A stretch of 64,000 nucleotides of DNA from Gemmiger formicilis. Lineage in GTDB: Bacteria; Bacillota_I; Bacilli_A; RFN20; CAG-826. Both the position numbers and the translations under genes were made by a program. Below, piece after piece: positions 45,487 to 54,833 of the stretch; the stretch's first letter is position 1, and each line of letters opens with the position of its first letter. The notes under the pieces were generated by a model. The model searched no databases. It saw nothing but the letters and a program-made list of their open reading frames with translations, and was not told where the DNA came from. The stretch covers positions 1,616 to 65,615 of the forward strand of contig CAVFXI010000037.1 in NCBI GenBank assembly GCA_963626345.1, written 5' to 3'.

Positions 45487-47082
45487 ATGTATAGAATTGT
45501 TATTGCTGATGATGAAATTACCGTTAGAGAACGATTACTTTCTTTATTAAAAAAGTTAGATAACAATTTTGAAGTTGTTGGTTCTTTTGAAAATGGTTAT
45601 GATGCACTTTTAGGAATTACCAAGTTACAACCAGATTTATTAATTACCGATATAAAAATGCCATATATTAATGGTATTGATTTAATTAAGCAAGCTAAGT
45701 TTGAAGTTCCATTACTTCAATCCATAATTATTTCTGGATATGATTCTTTTGAGTTTGCAAAGCAAGCAATTGATTTACGAGTTGTTGGATATTTAACGAA
45801 ACCAATAAGTTTTGAAGAATTAAAGGAAGTTATTTATAAGGCTAAAGAAGAAACCGAAAAAATATTAATTGCTGATAAAAACGAAGAAAACTTAAAGAGA
45901 CAAGTTAATGAAAATTTAACTTTGTTACAAGAAGATGATTTAACAAGTTTGGTTCAATTAAAAACCATAAGTGAAAGTTTTAAAGCCAAACTTGAAAATG
46001 ATGGGATTGACCTTGATTATGAATATCAATTCATTGTTATTTTTGATACAGATCAAGAAACTGAAACATTGTCATATGAAAAAAATGAATATTTTAGAGT
46101 TTTAATTTCTAAATATTTTGAAGAGGAATTTAATGGCACAGGAATTAAAAAATATTCATTTATTACAGGATCTGAATTTGTTTCTTTATGTGTTTCAAAT
46201 GATGTTTTTGATAAAGAAGTCTTTGTTGATAAAGTTAAAACCATAAATGCTAAACTTATGAAAATAGCAAATTTAAGTGTTTCTTGCGGCATTTCTGATT
46301 TAATGAAAAAGGAAGAAGTTAATTATCGTAAAATGTTTAGACATGCCAAAAGATGTTTAGAATATCGAACTGTTGTTGGCAAGAATTTAGTCATGGTTTT
46401 TGATGACTTAGAAAATGAAGGAAAACATTTAGTTGGAAAAATTGATGAAAATGAATACAAATCAATTAGCTATGATATTTTATATGGGAAAGCAGAAGAA
46501 ACAAAAAATATTATTCATAAAATAATAGATCAAATATCTACGCAATCTTATAAGGATACACACGATTTTATTTTAGGCAATATTTTTGATTCATTGTTAA
46601 AATCATGCGTTGATTTATCTAAGCTATATAGTGGGTATAGAAGACATACTGATTTAGTTAACAGTTTATATTCTTTAAAAACAAGTGAATCTATTATAGA
46701 ATTTTTTGATAATTTGATTGATAAAATTATCGAAATTAATGAATCTTCACGTACTGATAAAGTTCAAAGTTCTTTTGATCAAATTAAAAAATATATAGAA
46801 AATAATTATTCAAATTCTTGTCTTTGTCTTGAAGATATTGCTAATGAGTTATGTTATTCAGTTTCGTATATTAGTGCAATTTTAAAGAAAAATGATTCTT
46901 CTTTTACAAAATATTTGACTGATGTTCGTATGGAAAAGGCTAGAATATTATTAATGGAAAGCAATAATAAACTTTTAACAATTGCGAATGCTGTTGGTTA
47001 TGAAGATCCTTATTATTTCAGTCATTGTTTTAAAAAATATTATGGAGTAAGCCCACTTGAGTACAAAAACAAAAAAGAATAA
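45487..47082 (+). CDS. Response regulator with AraC-type HTH output (YesN-like)
   Basis: The receiver domain has DLLITDIKMPYINGIDL. The C-terminal HTH_AraC has GYEDPYYFSHCFKKYYGVSPLEYK. Confidence 0.88.
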   Translation: MYRIVIADDEITVRERLLSLLKKLDNNFEVVGSFENGYDALLGITKLQPDLLITDIKMPYINGIDLIKQAKFEVPLLQSIIISGYDSFEFAKQAIDLRVVGYLTKPISFEELKEVIYKAKEETEKILIADKNEENLKRQVNENLTLLQEDDLTSLVQLKTISESFKAKLENDGIDLDYEYQFIVIFDTDQETETLSYEKNEYFRVLISKYFEEEFNGTGIKKYSFITGSEFVSLCVSNDVFDKEVFVDKVKTINAKLMKIANLSVSCGISDLMKKEEVNYRKMFRHAKRCLEYRTVVGKNLVMVFDDLENEGKHLVGKIDENEYKSISYDILYGKAEETKNIIHKIIDQISTQSYKDTHDFILGNIFDSLLKSCVDLSKLYSGYRRHTDLVNSLYSLKTSESIIEFFDNLIDKIIEINESSRTDKVQSSFDQIKKYIENNYSNSCLCLEDIANELCYSVSYISAILKKNDSSFTKYLTDVRMEKARILLMESNNKLLTIANAVGYEDPYYFSHCFKKYYGVSPLEYKNKKE

Positions 47083-48787
47083 ACGTATTTCATTAAAAAC
47101 AGAATTAATTGTTCCAGCAACAATTCTGTTTATATTTTTTAGTGTTGGCATTTCAATTGTTGCATCATTTACTTATTCAAATAAGATGACACAATTGAAT
47201 AATAATCAAATTAAATCAATGTCTCAGCAAGTATTATCAAATTACGATACTTACTTTGAAGGCGTTATGACAATCAGTCAAAAAACTCAATCAAAAATAG
47301 ATAATATAGATTTAAACAACGAAAATTCAAATAATGAAATCATTTCCTATTTTGACGAAGTCATGGACCTTAAAAATGAAATTTTAAGTATGGCTATTTA
47401 TGATACTAGTGGTTTAAAAATTGTATCAAATTCTAAAAATTTAACAGTAAAGGCTCCCGATAATAGCGAATGGTTAGAAGTTGCAAAAGATAATCCTTTG
47501 GTCAATATTTTTTCACGTGTGGAATATACAGGGAGCACGTATGAATTTACTCTTTCAAAATACGTAAATTTTAATAAAGGCATTAGTAATGGAATTTTAA
47601 AAATAGATTTTGATTTTAATAAGATAGTTAGCTTAATTGCACAAACAGATCTTGGAGATGGCGGGCATATTACAATTTATGATAGAGATTACAATATTGT
47701 TTACGCGTCAACTTATAAGGTTACTGATGAAGAGACTGAAAAAGTTAAAGAATTAGTAATGGGCATAACCCAAATAAGATTAGACCATGATTATTTTTTG
47801 TTTGCTTCAACTATCACTAATACTACATGGAGAGTTGCTATTTTAACGAATAACGATGCATTAAATGCTACTTTAATCAATTTTTTTGGAAATGTTTTTA
47901 CAGCTACAACAGTTGTTATTTTTATATTCATTGTTTTTATGATTATATTAGGTAATTCAATAGTTAGTCCTCTTGTAAGGCTTCAAAAAGAGATGATTAA
48001 GGTTGAAAATTTTGATTATCAAATTGACCAAGATTTCCAAGCTGGCGGAAATAGGGAAATTCAAAATCTTGGTAGATCATTTAATCAAATGATGCAAAGA
48101 ATTAAAACATTAATGCAGAAAGTTTTAGAGGAACAAGAAGAACAAAGAAAATCTGAACTTAAAGCTCTTCAAAACCAAATTAACCCACACTTTTTATATA
48201 ATACTTTTGATTCGATTATCTATTTGATTGAAGAAAACGAAAATGAAAAGGCCGAACAAATGATTGTTGCGCTTTCAAAATTTTTTAGAATATCTGTTTC
48301 TAAAGGAAAAAATATCATCCCTCTTGATAAGGAGATTGAACATGTTAAATATTATTTGCAAATTCAAAAAATTAAATTTGGCAACAACTTTAATTTCGAA
48401 ATAAATACTAAAGACGACTTGAATAAATACTTTGTTATCAAATTAATTCTTCAACCAATCGTTGAAAATGCAATCATGCATGGAATTAGTGAGATGTCTT
48501 CCAAAGGTGGATTGATTAAAATTAATGAATATATAAAAGATGACCTAATTCACCTAGAAGTAATTGATAATGGTTATGGTATTCTACCTGAAAAAATAGA
48601 AGAAATATATGTATCTTTTAATGATAAAAACGCCCATAATGGAGTAGGAATTAAGAATGTTTATGAACGTATAAAAATCTATTATGGCGAAAAGGCAAAT
48701 ATTTTAATTGAATCCGAACTTGATGTTGGAACAAAGATTACAATATTAATTCCGGTAGAAGGAGCATTAAAAAATGAAGAAAAATAG
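47057..48787 (+). CDS. Sensor histidine kinase (YesM/LytS-like; His_kinase PF06580-type + HATPase)
   Basis: TM, a ~250-aa extracytoplasmic domain, TM, HAMP, LKALQNQINPHFLYNTFDSI (H-box), and VENAIMHG...DNGYGI...GVGIKNV. It has a TTG start that overlaps the regulator's end. Confidence 0.85.
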   Translation: MSTKTKKNKRISLKTELIVPATILFIFFSVGISIVASFTYSNKMTQLNNNQIKSMSQQVLSNYDTYFEGVMTISQKTQSKIDNIDLNNENSNNEIISYFDEVMDLKNEILSMAIYDTSGLKIVSNSKNLTVKAPDNSEWLEVAKDNPLVNIFSRVEYTGSTYEFTLSKYVNFNKGISNGILKIDFDFNKIVSLIAQTDLGDGGHITIYDRDYNIVYASTYKVTDEETEKVKELVMGITQIRLDHDYFLFASTITNTTWRVAILTNNDALNATLINFFGNVFTATTVVIFIFIVFMIILGNSIVSPLVRLQKEMIKVENFDYQIDQDFQAGGNREIQNLGRSFNQMMQRIKTLMQKVLEEQEEQRKSELKALQNQINPHFLYNTFDSIIYLIEENENEKAEQMIVALSKFFRISVSKGKNIIPLDKEIEHVKYYLQIQKIKFGNNFNFEINTKDDLNKYFVIKLILQPIVENAIMHGISEMSSKGGLIKINEYIKDDLIHLEVIDNGYGILPEKIEEIYVSFNDKNAHNGVGIKNVYERIKIYYGEKANILIESELDVGTKITILIPVEGALKNEEK

Positions 48788-49790
48788 TATTTTAAGTTTA
48801 TCATTTTTGAGTTTGCTTTTACTTGCAAGTTGTGGAGCCAAAGGAAAACAAGTATCTATATTTATTTATGCAAACGATGATACATTTATTCAAAGCGTAT
48901 CTAATTACCTTGATGAAGTATTTGAAGAAACTAACATAAAACTTAATAAATATAATGCAAATAGATCTCAATCTTTACAAAACGAACAAATAACTTCTGA
49001 AATTGAAAGCAAAGAAAATAATGTCTTAATTTTAAATACTGTTGATCGTTTAGCGGATTCAGCAATTATTGAAAAAGCAAAAAGATATGATACTCCTATT
49101 ATATTTTTTAATAGAGAACCTCTTGATAGAGATCTTCCTGATAATGGTCATTATTATTATGTGGGCAGTGATTTTTTAACTGAAGCAGAAATTCAAGCTA
49201 ATATGGTTAAGAATATTTTTGGAAAACCAAATGATTTGAACAAACAGTTCGACAAAAATGGCGACGGAATCATTCAATATGTTATCTTAAAAGGCGAACA
49301 AGGTCATCAAGATATGGAAAATAGAAGTAAATATTGTGTTGAAGCATTAAAAAATGGGGGTTATAACCTTGAACTTTTAACCAGCTCATATTGTGATTGG
49401 GATAGAAGTCTTGCGCAAACTAATTTTTCGAGTATCTATGAAGAATTTGGAGATCGAATTGAATTAATAATTTCTAATAATGATGATATGGCTTTAGGGG
49501 CAATTGATTATTTGCTCGAAAATAATATTTTTTCAAGTAGTGTAAGTAATGTTTTTGAACAACCTATTCAAATTGTGGGAGTTGATGCAACAGATGTTGC
49601 TAGGGAAGCAATTAAAAATAATTTAATGTATGGGACTGTTTTAAATGATGCAAAAAAACAAGCAGAAATAATTTTGAAATTAACTACAAAAATTATTAAC
49701 GAAGAAGAAATTGAATCAAGTTTATTCGATAATGGGCATAAAATTTACATTAAAGGTAAGGAAATTACATTAAATAATGTTGATGAATAA
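48774..49790 (+). CDS. MglB/RbsB-fold sugar-binding lipoprotein, probable co-sensor of the two-component system
   Basis: Lipobox LLAS-C. ISNNDDMALGAIDYL is typical of Peripla_BP_4 sugar binders. It overlaps the kinase gene's end and has no permease of its own. Confidence 0.75.
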   Translation: MKKNSILSLSFLSLLLLASCGAKGKQVSIFIYANDDTFIQSVSNYLDEVFEETNIKLNKYNANRSQSLQNEQITSEIESKENNVLILNTVDRLADSAIIEKAKRYDTPIIFFNREPLDRDLPDNGHYYYVGSDFLTEAEIQANMVKNIFGKPNDLNKQFDKNGDGIIQYVILKGEQGHQDMENRSKYCVEALKNGGYNLELLTSSYCDWDRSLAQTNFSSIYEEFGDRIELIISNNDDMALGAIDYLLENNIFSSSVSNVFEQPIQIVGVDATDVAREAIKNNLMYGTVLNDAKKQAEIILKLTTKIINEEEIESSLFDNGHKIYIKGKEITLNNVDE

Positions 49791-49800
49791 AAAACAACAT

Positions 49801-49835
49801 TAGAGATTTTTCAAGGATTTATAGAGATTTTTCAA
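49801..49835 (+). promoter_or_regulatory. Direct repeats TAGAGATTTTTCAA x2 spaced 21 bp (candidate YesN-like regulator sites)
   Basis: Copies at 49801-49814 and 49822-49835. A degenerate third copy, TAGAGATATTTC, lies at 49889-49900. All are upstream of the mglB-like gene. Confidence 0.45.
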
Positions 49836-49842
49836 TTCATTT

Positions 49843-49856
49843 TGAAAGCGCTTTCA
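49843..49856. promoter_or_regulatory. cre-like catabolite-responsive element TGAAAGCGCTTTCA
   Basis: A perfect 14-bp palindrome that fits the Firmicutes cre consensus TGWAANCGNTNWCA. It lies about 90 nt upstream of the transporter operon start. Confidence 0.6.
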
Positions 49857-49942
49857 TCCTATATTAAATATGCAATTAGAAATAATCGTAGAGATATTTC
49901 TTTTATTAATTGCGACAGGAATTATAGGAGGAAAAATATATA

Positions 49943-51214
49943 ATGAAAAAAAGATTAATTCCAACTCTTGCGTTTGCTGCTGCTACTTTTTTAGTCGCAA
50001 GCTGCGGAGGAAATGTTGCTAAAGAATGGAGCTATAGCGCTGCTACAGAAGATGGCGTTTTAAATTATGCTCTTTTAATCGGTCAAATCGACCACAATGA
50101 TAGTGCTGCTCGTACCGCGGGTATCCGTGATGCCTTAGGAACTCGTGGAACTAAGAAAACCAATCCAAATACTGAAGATCCAGTAGAAGGAAAATTAACA
50201 ATTGGTGGAAAGACCTACAAAGTTGTTGAAATTGAACACGCAGAACAAAAGAGTACTGGTGGTGCAACTTGGGATCAACAAACCGCAACCAATACCGCTG
50301 AAACATGGATTAATAAACATGCTGTAAAGACTGGTTATGGTAATGAAATTGATTTCTTCGTTTCAAATAACGATGGTATGTCAGTTGGTGCAATTGGTGC
50401 TTCAAACTGGATTAGTGGAATGCCAATCTTTGGTTATGATAGCAATGCTGATATGCTTGAATACATTTCTTCAGGCAAAACTCATGGAACAATTAACCAA
50501 AACGCAAGTGCTCAAGCCGCAGGTATCTTCATGGTCGCACGTAATGGTATTGATGGTTTAGATGCTGATGCTGTTGTTAAAGAAGGTTTCTCAACAAAGA
50601 GTTCAAAAGGTTATGGACAAATTTCATCAGAATATAATTTCCATTCAGATGATAAGTCAATGTTAGTTAACAACTTTGCTATTACTAAATCAAATGTTGC
50701 TGACTATTTAGGAAAACAACCAAAAGATTTATTAGATAGCGGAGTTAATAAAGGAACATCAGAAAAAGCTAAAGTTTGGATGAACTACTATTCACAATCT
50801 GATACATTCTTAAATTCAACAATGAAACCATTATTCGAATTATATGCTGATAAATTCAATTTCGATCTTACAGCAACTCAAGGTGATGGTACATCAGAAG
50901 CTACAGTTTTAGATAAATTACAAGCTGCAACCAATGATTATAAGGCTTATATTGTCAACATGATTAAGACAACTGCTACCGCCACTTACTTAGATGAAAT
51001 CGCTAAGAAGACCGGTGCAACAGAAGAAAATCCAACCAGTGTCCCAGTCGTCTTCTGGAATAGACAAGGAACAAATGCTGATGGAACAGTTGATCAAACA
51101 GTCATGAAAGACAAGAGATTCAAATATATCTATTATGTCGGTTTCGATGCAAATCAAGGTGGTCAATTACAAGGCAAAATGATCGTTGATTGGCTCCAAA
51201 ATGCCGCTAAATAA
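49943..51214 (+). CDS. Sugar ABC-transporter substrate-binding lipoprotein (MglB-like, extended)
   Basis: Lipobox VAS-C. FVSNNDGMSVGAIGA is an MglB-type block. Codon usage looks biased towards highly expressed genes. Confidence 0.8.
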   Translation: MKKRLIPTLAFAAATFLVASCGGNVAKEWSYSAATEDGVLNYALLIGQIDHNDSAARTAGIRDALGTRGTKKTNPNTEDPVEGKLTIGGKTYKVVEIEHAEQKSTGGATWDQQTATNTAETWINKHAVKTGYGNEIDFFVSNNDGMSVGAIGASNWISGMPIFGYDSNADMLEYISSGKTHGTINQNASAQAAGIFMVARNGIDGLDADAVVKEGFSTKSSKGYGQISSEYNFHSDDKSMLVNNFAITKSNVADYLGKQPKDLLDSGVNKGTSEKAKVWMNYYSQSDTFLNSTMKPLFELYADKFNFDLTATQGDGTSEATVLDKLQAATNDYKAYIVNMIKTTATATYLDEIAKKTGATEENPTSVPVVFWNRQGTNADGTVDQTVMKDKRFKYIYYVGFDANQGGQLQGKMIVDWLQNAAK

Positions 51215-51236
51215 ATTTAGTCTATAGAAATAATTT

Positions 51237-51264
51237 AGAGGCCCAACATTATGTTCGGGCCTCT
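51237..51264 (+). other. Strong intercistronic hairpin after the binding-protein gene (attenuator/stabiliser)
   Basis: AGAGGCCCAACA / TGTTCGGGCCTCT stem. There is no clear T-run, so it is probably not a full terminator. Confidence 0.5.
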
Positions 51265-51311
51265 ATTGAGTATTTATTTACTTGAAAAAGTAAGTATGGA
51301 GGAAGGGTATA

Positions 51312-52808
51312 ATGGACGCAAATTATATATTAGAAATTAACGGTTTATCCAAATCCTTCGGCAAAAATCAGGTTTTACGTGGTATTAATTTAAAAGTTAA
51401 ACCAGGGACTATTTTAGGTCTTATGGGCGAAAATGGTGCTGGTAAATCCACAATGATGAAATGTTTATTTGGGATTTATTCGATGGACTCTGGATCTATC
51501 TTATTTGATGGAAAAAGTGTCTCTTTTTCAGGTCCTAAAGAAGCACTAGAAAATGGAATTGCAATGGTTCACCAAGAACTTAATCAATGTCTTGATAGAA
51601 CGGTTGCTGATAATATGTTTTTGGGGAGATATATTGGTCCAGCTGGATTAGTTAATGATGGTTTAATGATTGCTAAATGCCGACAAATTTTTGCTGATTT
51701 AGATATGGATATTAATCCAAAAACCATAATGAGAACAATGTCAGTTTCTCAAAGACAAATGGTTGAAATTGCAAAATCAGTTAGTTATAACGCAAAATTA
51801 ATTGTTTTAGATGAACCTACTAGTTCTCTTTCAGAACGTGAAGTTAAAAGATTATTTAAGATTTTACGTGATTTAAGAGCGAAAGGTATCAGTTTTATTT
51901 TCATCTCTCATAAAATGGATGAAATTTTTGAATTATGTGATGAAGTCGTTATTTTGCGTGATGGGCAAGTTACTTTAGATAAACCTGTTAGTGATACAAA
52001 TCTTGATGAACTTGTTAAAGCAATGGTAGGACGAAGCTTGGAAAATCGTTTCCCACCATTAACAAATAAACCAGGAGATGTAGTTTTAACAGTTAAGAAT
52101 TTATCCACAAAATACAAACCACACCTTAAAAATGTCTCGTTTGACGTTAGAAAAGGTGAAATATTAGGAATTTATGGACTTGTTGGTGCAGGTAGAAGCG
52201 AACTTTTAGAAACTTTATTTGGCGCAAGAACAATGTCTGAAGGTGAAATTACATACAAGGGTAAGAGAATTGCTTTTAAAAATCCAAAAGAGGCAATGGA
52301 CAACAACTTTGCATTTATTACTGAAGAGAGAAAATTAAATGGAATGTTTGGCCTTGGAACCTTGAATTTTAATACATGTATTACTAACCTTGATAAATAT
52401 AAACAAGGTGGAATCTTATCAGATACACATATGGTTAAGGCCACTAAAAGAGAAATTAAATTAACACATGTCAAATGTAATGGGCCAGAAGATTTAATTT
52501 CAGCATTAAGTGGTGGTAATCAACAAAAAGTCATTATTGGTAAATGGCTTGAAAGACAACCTGACTTATTCTTAATGGATGAGCCTACTCGTGGTATTGA
52601 TATCATGGCTAAATATCAAGTTTATGAATTGATGATTCTTTTAGCAAATGAAGGAAAGAGCATCATCATGGTATCAAGTGAAATGCCAGAAATTTTGGGG
52701 GTCACAAATAGAATAGTTGTTATGTCGAATTACGAAGTTGCAGGAATTGTTAATACAAAAGAAACAAATCAAGAAGAATTAATGCGACTTTGTGCAAAGA
52801 ATTTATAG
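51312..52808 (+). CDS. Sugar ABC-transporter ATPase with duplicated ABC domains (MglA/RbsA type)
   Basis: Walker A GENGAGKST and GLVGAGRSE, plus the signature LSGGNQQKV. Confidence 0.9.
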   Translation: MDANYILEINGLSKSFGKNQVLRGINLKVKPGTILGLMGENGAGKSTMMKCLFGIYSMDSGSILFDGKSVSFSGPKEALENGIAMVHQELNQCLDRTVADNMFLGRYIGPAGLVNDGLMIAKCRQIFADLDMDINPKTIMRTMSVSQRQMVEIAKSVSYNAKLIVLDEPTSSLSEREVKRLFKILRDLRAKGISFIFISHKMDEIFELCDEVVILRDGQVTLDKPVSDTNLDELVKAMVGRSLENRFPPLTNKPGDVVLTVKNLSTKYKPHLKNVSFDVRKGEILGIYGLVGAGRSELLETLFGARTMSEGEITYKGKRIAFKNPKEAMDNNFAFITEERKLNGMFGLGTLNFNTCITNLDKYKQGGILSDTHMVKATKREIKLTHVKCNGPEDLISALSGGNQQKVIIGKWLERQPDLFLMDEPTRGIDIMAKYQVYELMILLANEGKSIIMVSSEMPEILGVTNRIVVMSNYEVAGIVNTKETNQEELMRLCAKNL

Positions 52809-52819
52809 GAGGCCATCTC

Positions 52820-54472
52820 ATGGAAAAGAAAAAAGAAATGAAAGTTTCTGAAACAGAATTATATGAAACTCCTGAATTTGAATCTTATTTAAAAGAACTT
52901 CAAGATTTAAGAAAAGATGGAGAAAATAAAATTTTAGCTTTGAGAAACGAAATTCGTGACTATAAGCTAAATAAACAACTTGATAAGGAAACAAAAAAGA
53001 AATTAATTGCTCATGATAAAGAATTAATTGAGCAAGCAAAAGTTGTTGAAGCAGAAAATAAAGAAAAAATTAAAGCTTTAATGAAAGAAGCATCTTTAAA
53101 AGCCGAAGAAGTTGGTAAAGCTGCTTATTTAGAAGCGAAAGAAGTTAAAAACAAAGAAGTTTTAGTTGCAAAAGAAGAATATCAAAAGGCAGTTGAAAAA
53201 GAAAAAGCAGATCACGCTAAGAGACTTTCTGCAATTAAACCTTTAGAAGCAAATGCAAGTAAAGAAGAAAAGAATGCTCATAAAATTGATGTTAGAGCAG
53301 AAAAAATCTTACATAGTTCTAAACTTAACGAAGCTAAAGCTAAATATAATGAAAAAGTTGATAAAGCAAAAACAAAATTATACGATTGTTATCTTGAAAA
53401 ATTTAACTATATAGGTAGAGTAAGAAATTCACATCATACAGTCTTACAAAGTGTTGAATTTAAGAGGAAAACCTATGCCTATAGTTTTGTATTCAAAGAT
53501 TTCATGATTAGAAATGCATTATATTTCATTATTATTGCATTCTTTGTTGCTTGTATTATTAAATCAGAAGGTAATTTATTGACTGAAAGTAACATTAGAG
53601 GAATTCTTTCCCAATCATCAACAAAGATGTTCTTCTCGCTTGGTGTTGCAGGTCTTATTTTAATTGCTGGTACTGACCTCTCGATTGGTCGTATGACTGG
53701 TATGGCCGCAAGTTTTGCATGCATGCTCCTAGCAAACAATGTATATTATGATAATTTTGGTGGTTCGATTAATATTACTACTCTTGGTTGGGGAGGAAGA
53801 ATCGTCATTGCATTGCTTGTATGTATATTTGTTTGTGTCTTGTTCTCGTCAATCGCTGGTTTCTTTACAGCAAAGTTCAAGATGCATCCATTCATTACCA
53901 CATTATCAACTCAACTCTTGATCTTTGGTATCATGATGGTTTTATATAACAATAACTCTGCTTTCAATATGAACCTTGATATTAAAAAGCAAATTAATGG
54001 TGATGGAAATATTAACTTAATTATTTATGCAATTATCGCAATTATCATTGTTTGGTTCATTTGGAATAAGACCAAATTTGGTAAATATATGTATGCTGTT
54101 GGTGGAAACGCTGAAGCTGCAAGCGTTAGCGGTATTTCAGTTTTCAAAGTTACACTTTTAATCTTCGTCATGGCTGGTGTCTTATATGGATTTGGTGGTT
54201 TCTTAGAAGGTTCGCGTGTTGGTAGCGCTAACCCAAATACTGCGTTTGGTACTGAACTTGATGCTATTGCTGCTTGCGTCATTGGCGGAATTTCTTTCTC
54301 TGGTGGTGTAGGAAAAATTAAAGGTGCTGTTATTGGTACAATTATCTTTGCTGGTATGACATATTGCTTAACCAATCTTGGTTTTGATGTCAATATTCAA
54401 TATATCTTCAAAGGTATTATCATTATGGCTGCTGTTTGTTTAGACTCAATTAAATACTTAAAGAAGAAATAG
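52820..54472 (+). CDS. Sugar ABC-transporter permease (MglC/RbsC type) with a ~225-aa Lys/Glu-rich N-terminal extension
   Basis: The C-terminal ~325 aa is a BPD_transp_2-like permease (...GTDLSIGRM..., ...AVGGNAEAASVSGI...). The N-terminal part is predicted coiled coil. GGAGG RBS lies 8 nt before the ATG at 52820. Confidence 0.82.
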   Translation: MEKKKEMKVSETELYETPEFESYLKELQDLRKDGENKILALRNEIRDYKLNKQLDKETKKKLIAHDKELIEQAKVVEAENKEKIKALMKEASLKAEEVGKAAYLEAKEVKNKEVLVAKEEYQKAVEKEKADHAKRLSAIKPLEANASKEEKNAHKIDVRAEKILHSSKLNEAKAKYNEKVDKAKTKLYDCYLEKFNYIGRVRNSHHTVLQSVEFKRKTYAYSFVFKDFMIRNALYFIIIAFFVACIIKSEGNLLTESNIRGILSQSSTKMFFSLGVAGLILIAGTDLSIGRMTGMAASFACMLLANNVYYDNFGGSINITTLGWGGRIVIALLVCIFVCVLFSSIAGFFTAKFKMHPFITTLSTQLLIFGIMMVLYNNNSAFNMNLDIKKQINGDGNINLIIYAIIAIIIVWFIWNKTKFGKYMYAVGGNAEAASVSGISVFKVTLLIFVMAGVLYGFGGFLEGSRVGSANPNTAFGTELDAIAACVIGGISFSGGVGKIKGAVIGTIIFAGMTYCLTNLGFDVNIQYIFKGIIIMAAVCLDSIKYLKKK

Positions 54473-54482
54473 TAGAGGAAAG

Positions 54483-54518
54483 AGGAAGAATGTTTATTAA
54501 TCTCCCATTCTTCCTTTT
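54483..54518 (+). terminator. Rho-independent terminator after the mgl-like operon
   Basis: A 10-bp stem AGGAAGAATG/CATTCTTCCT followed by TTTT. Confidence 0.7.
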
Positions 54519-54527
54519 ATTAAATTT

Positions 54528-54833
54528 ATGCCATTCCAATTTAGTTTTTATATATTAGTGGTTGTCATTATGTTTGGTTTATTAACTAATTATTTAGTTA
54601 TGATTTCACACATAAGAAGACTTAGAAATGATGGTGAGGGTTTTAAAAAAGGAGAAATACTTGCCACCACAATATTTTTTGGTGGGCCAATATTACTCCT
54701 ATACAATATTTACCAAGATGTAAGAGATGATGATCCAAAACATTTATATTTAATTTTTGGAATTATTTATACACTTTTACAAGCTTTATTGGTATTTTTA
54801 CTTATTTACTTTAAAGTTGTTATATTTAGTTAA
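54528..54833 (+). CDS. Small 3-TM membrane protein, unknown function
   Basis: 101 aa with three hydrophobic segments. No RBS or motif stands out. Confidence 0.35.
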   Translation: MPFQFSFYILVVVIMFGLLTNYLVMISHIRRLRNDGEGFKKGEILATTIFFGGPILLLYNIYQDVRDDDPKHLYLIFGIIYTLLQALLVFLLIYFKVVIFS

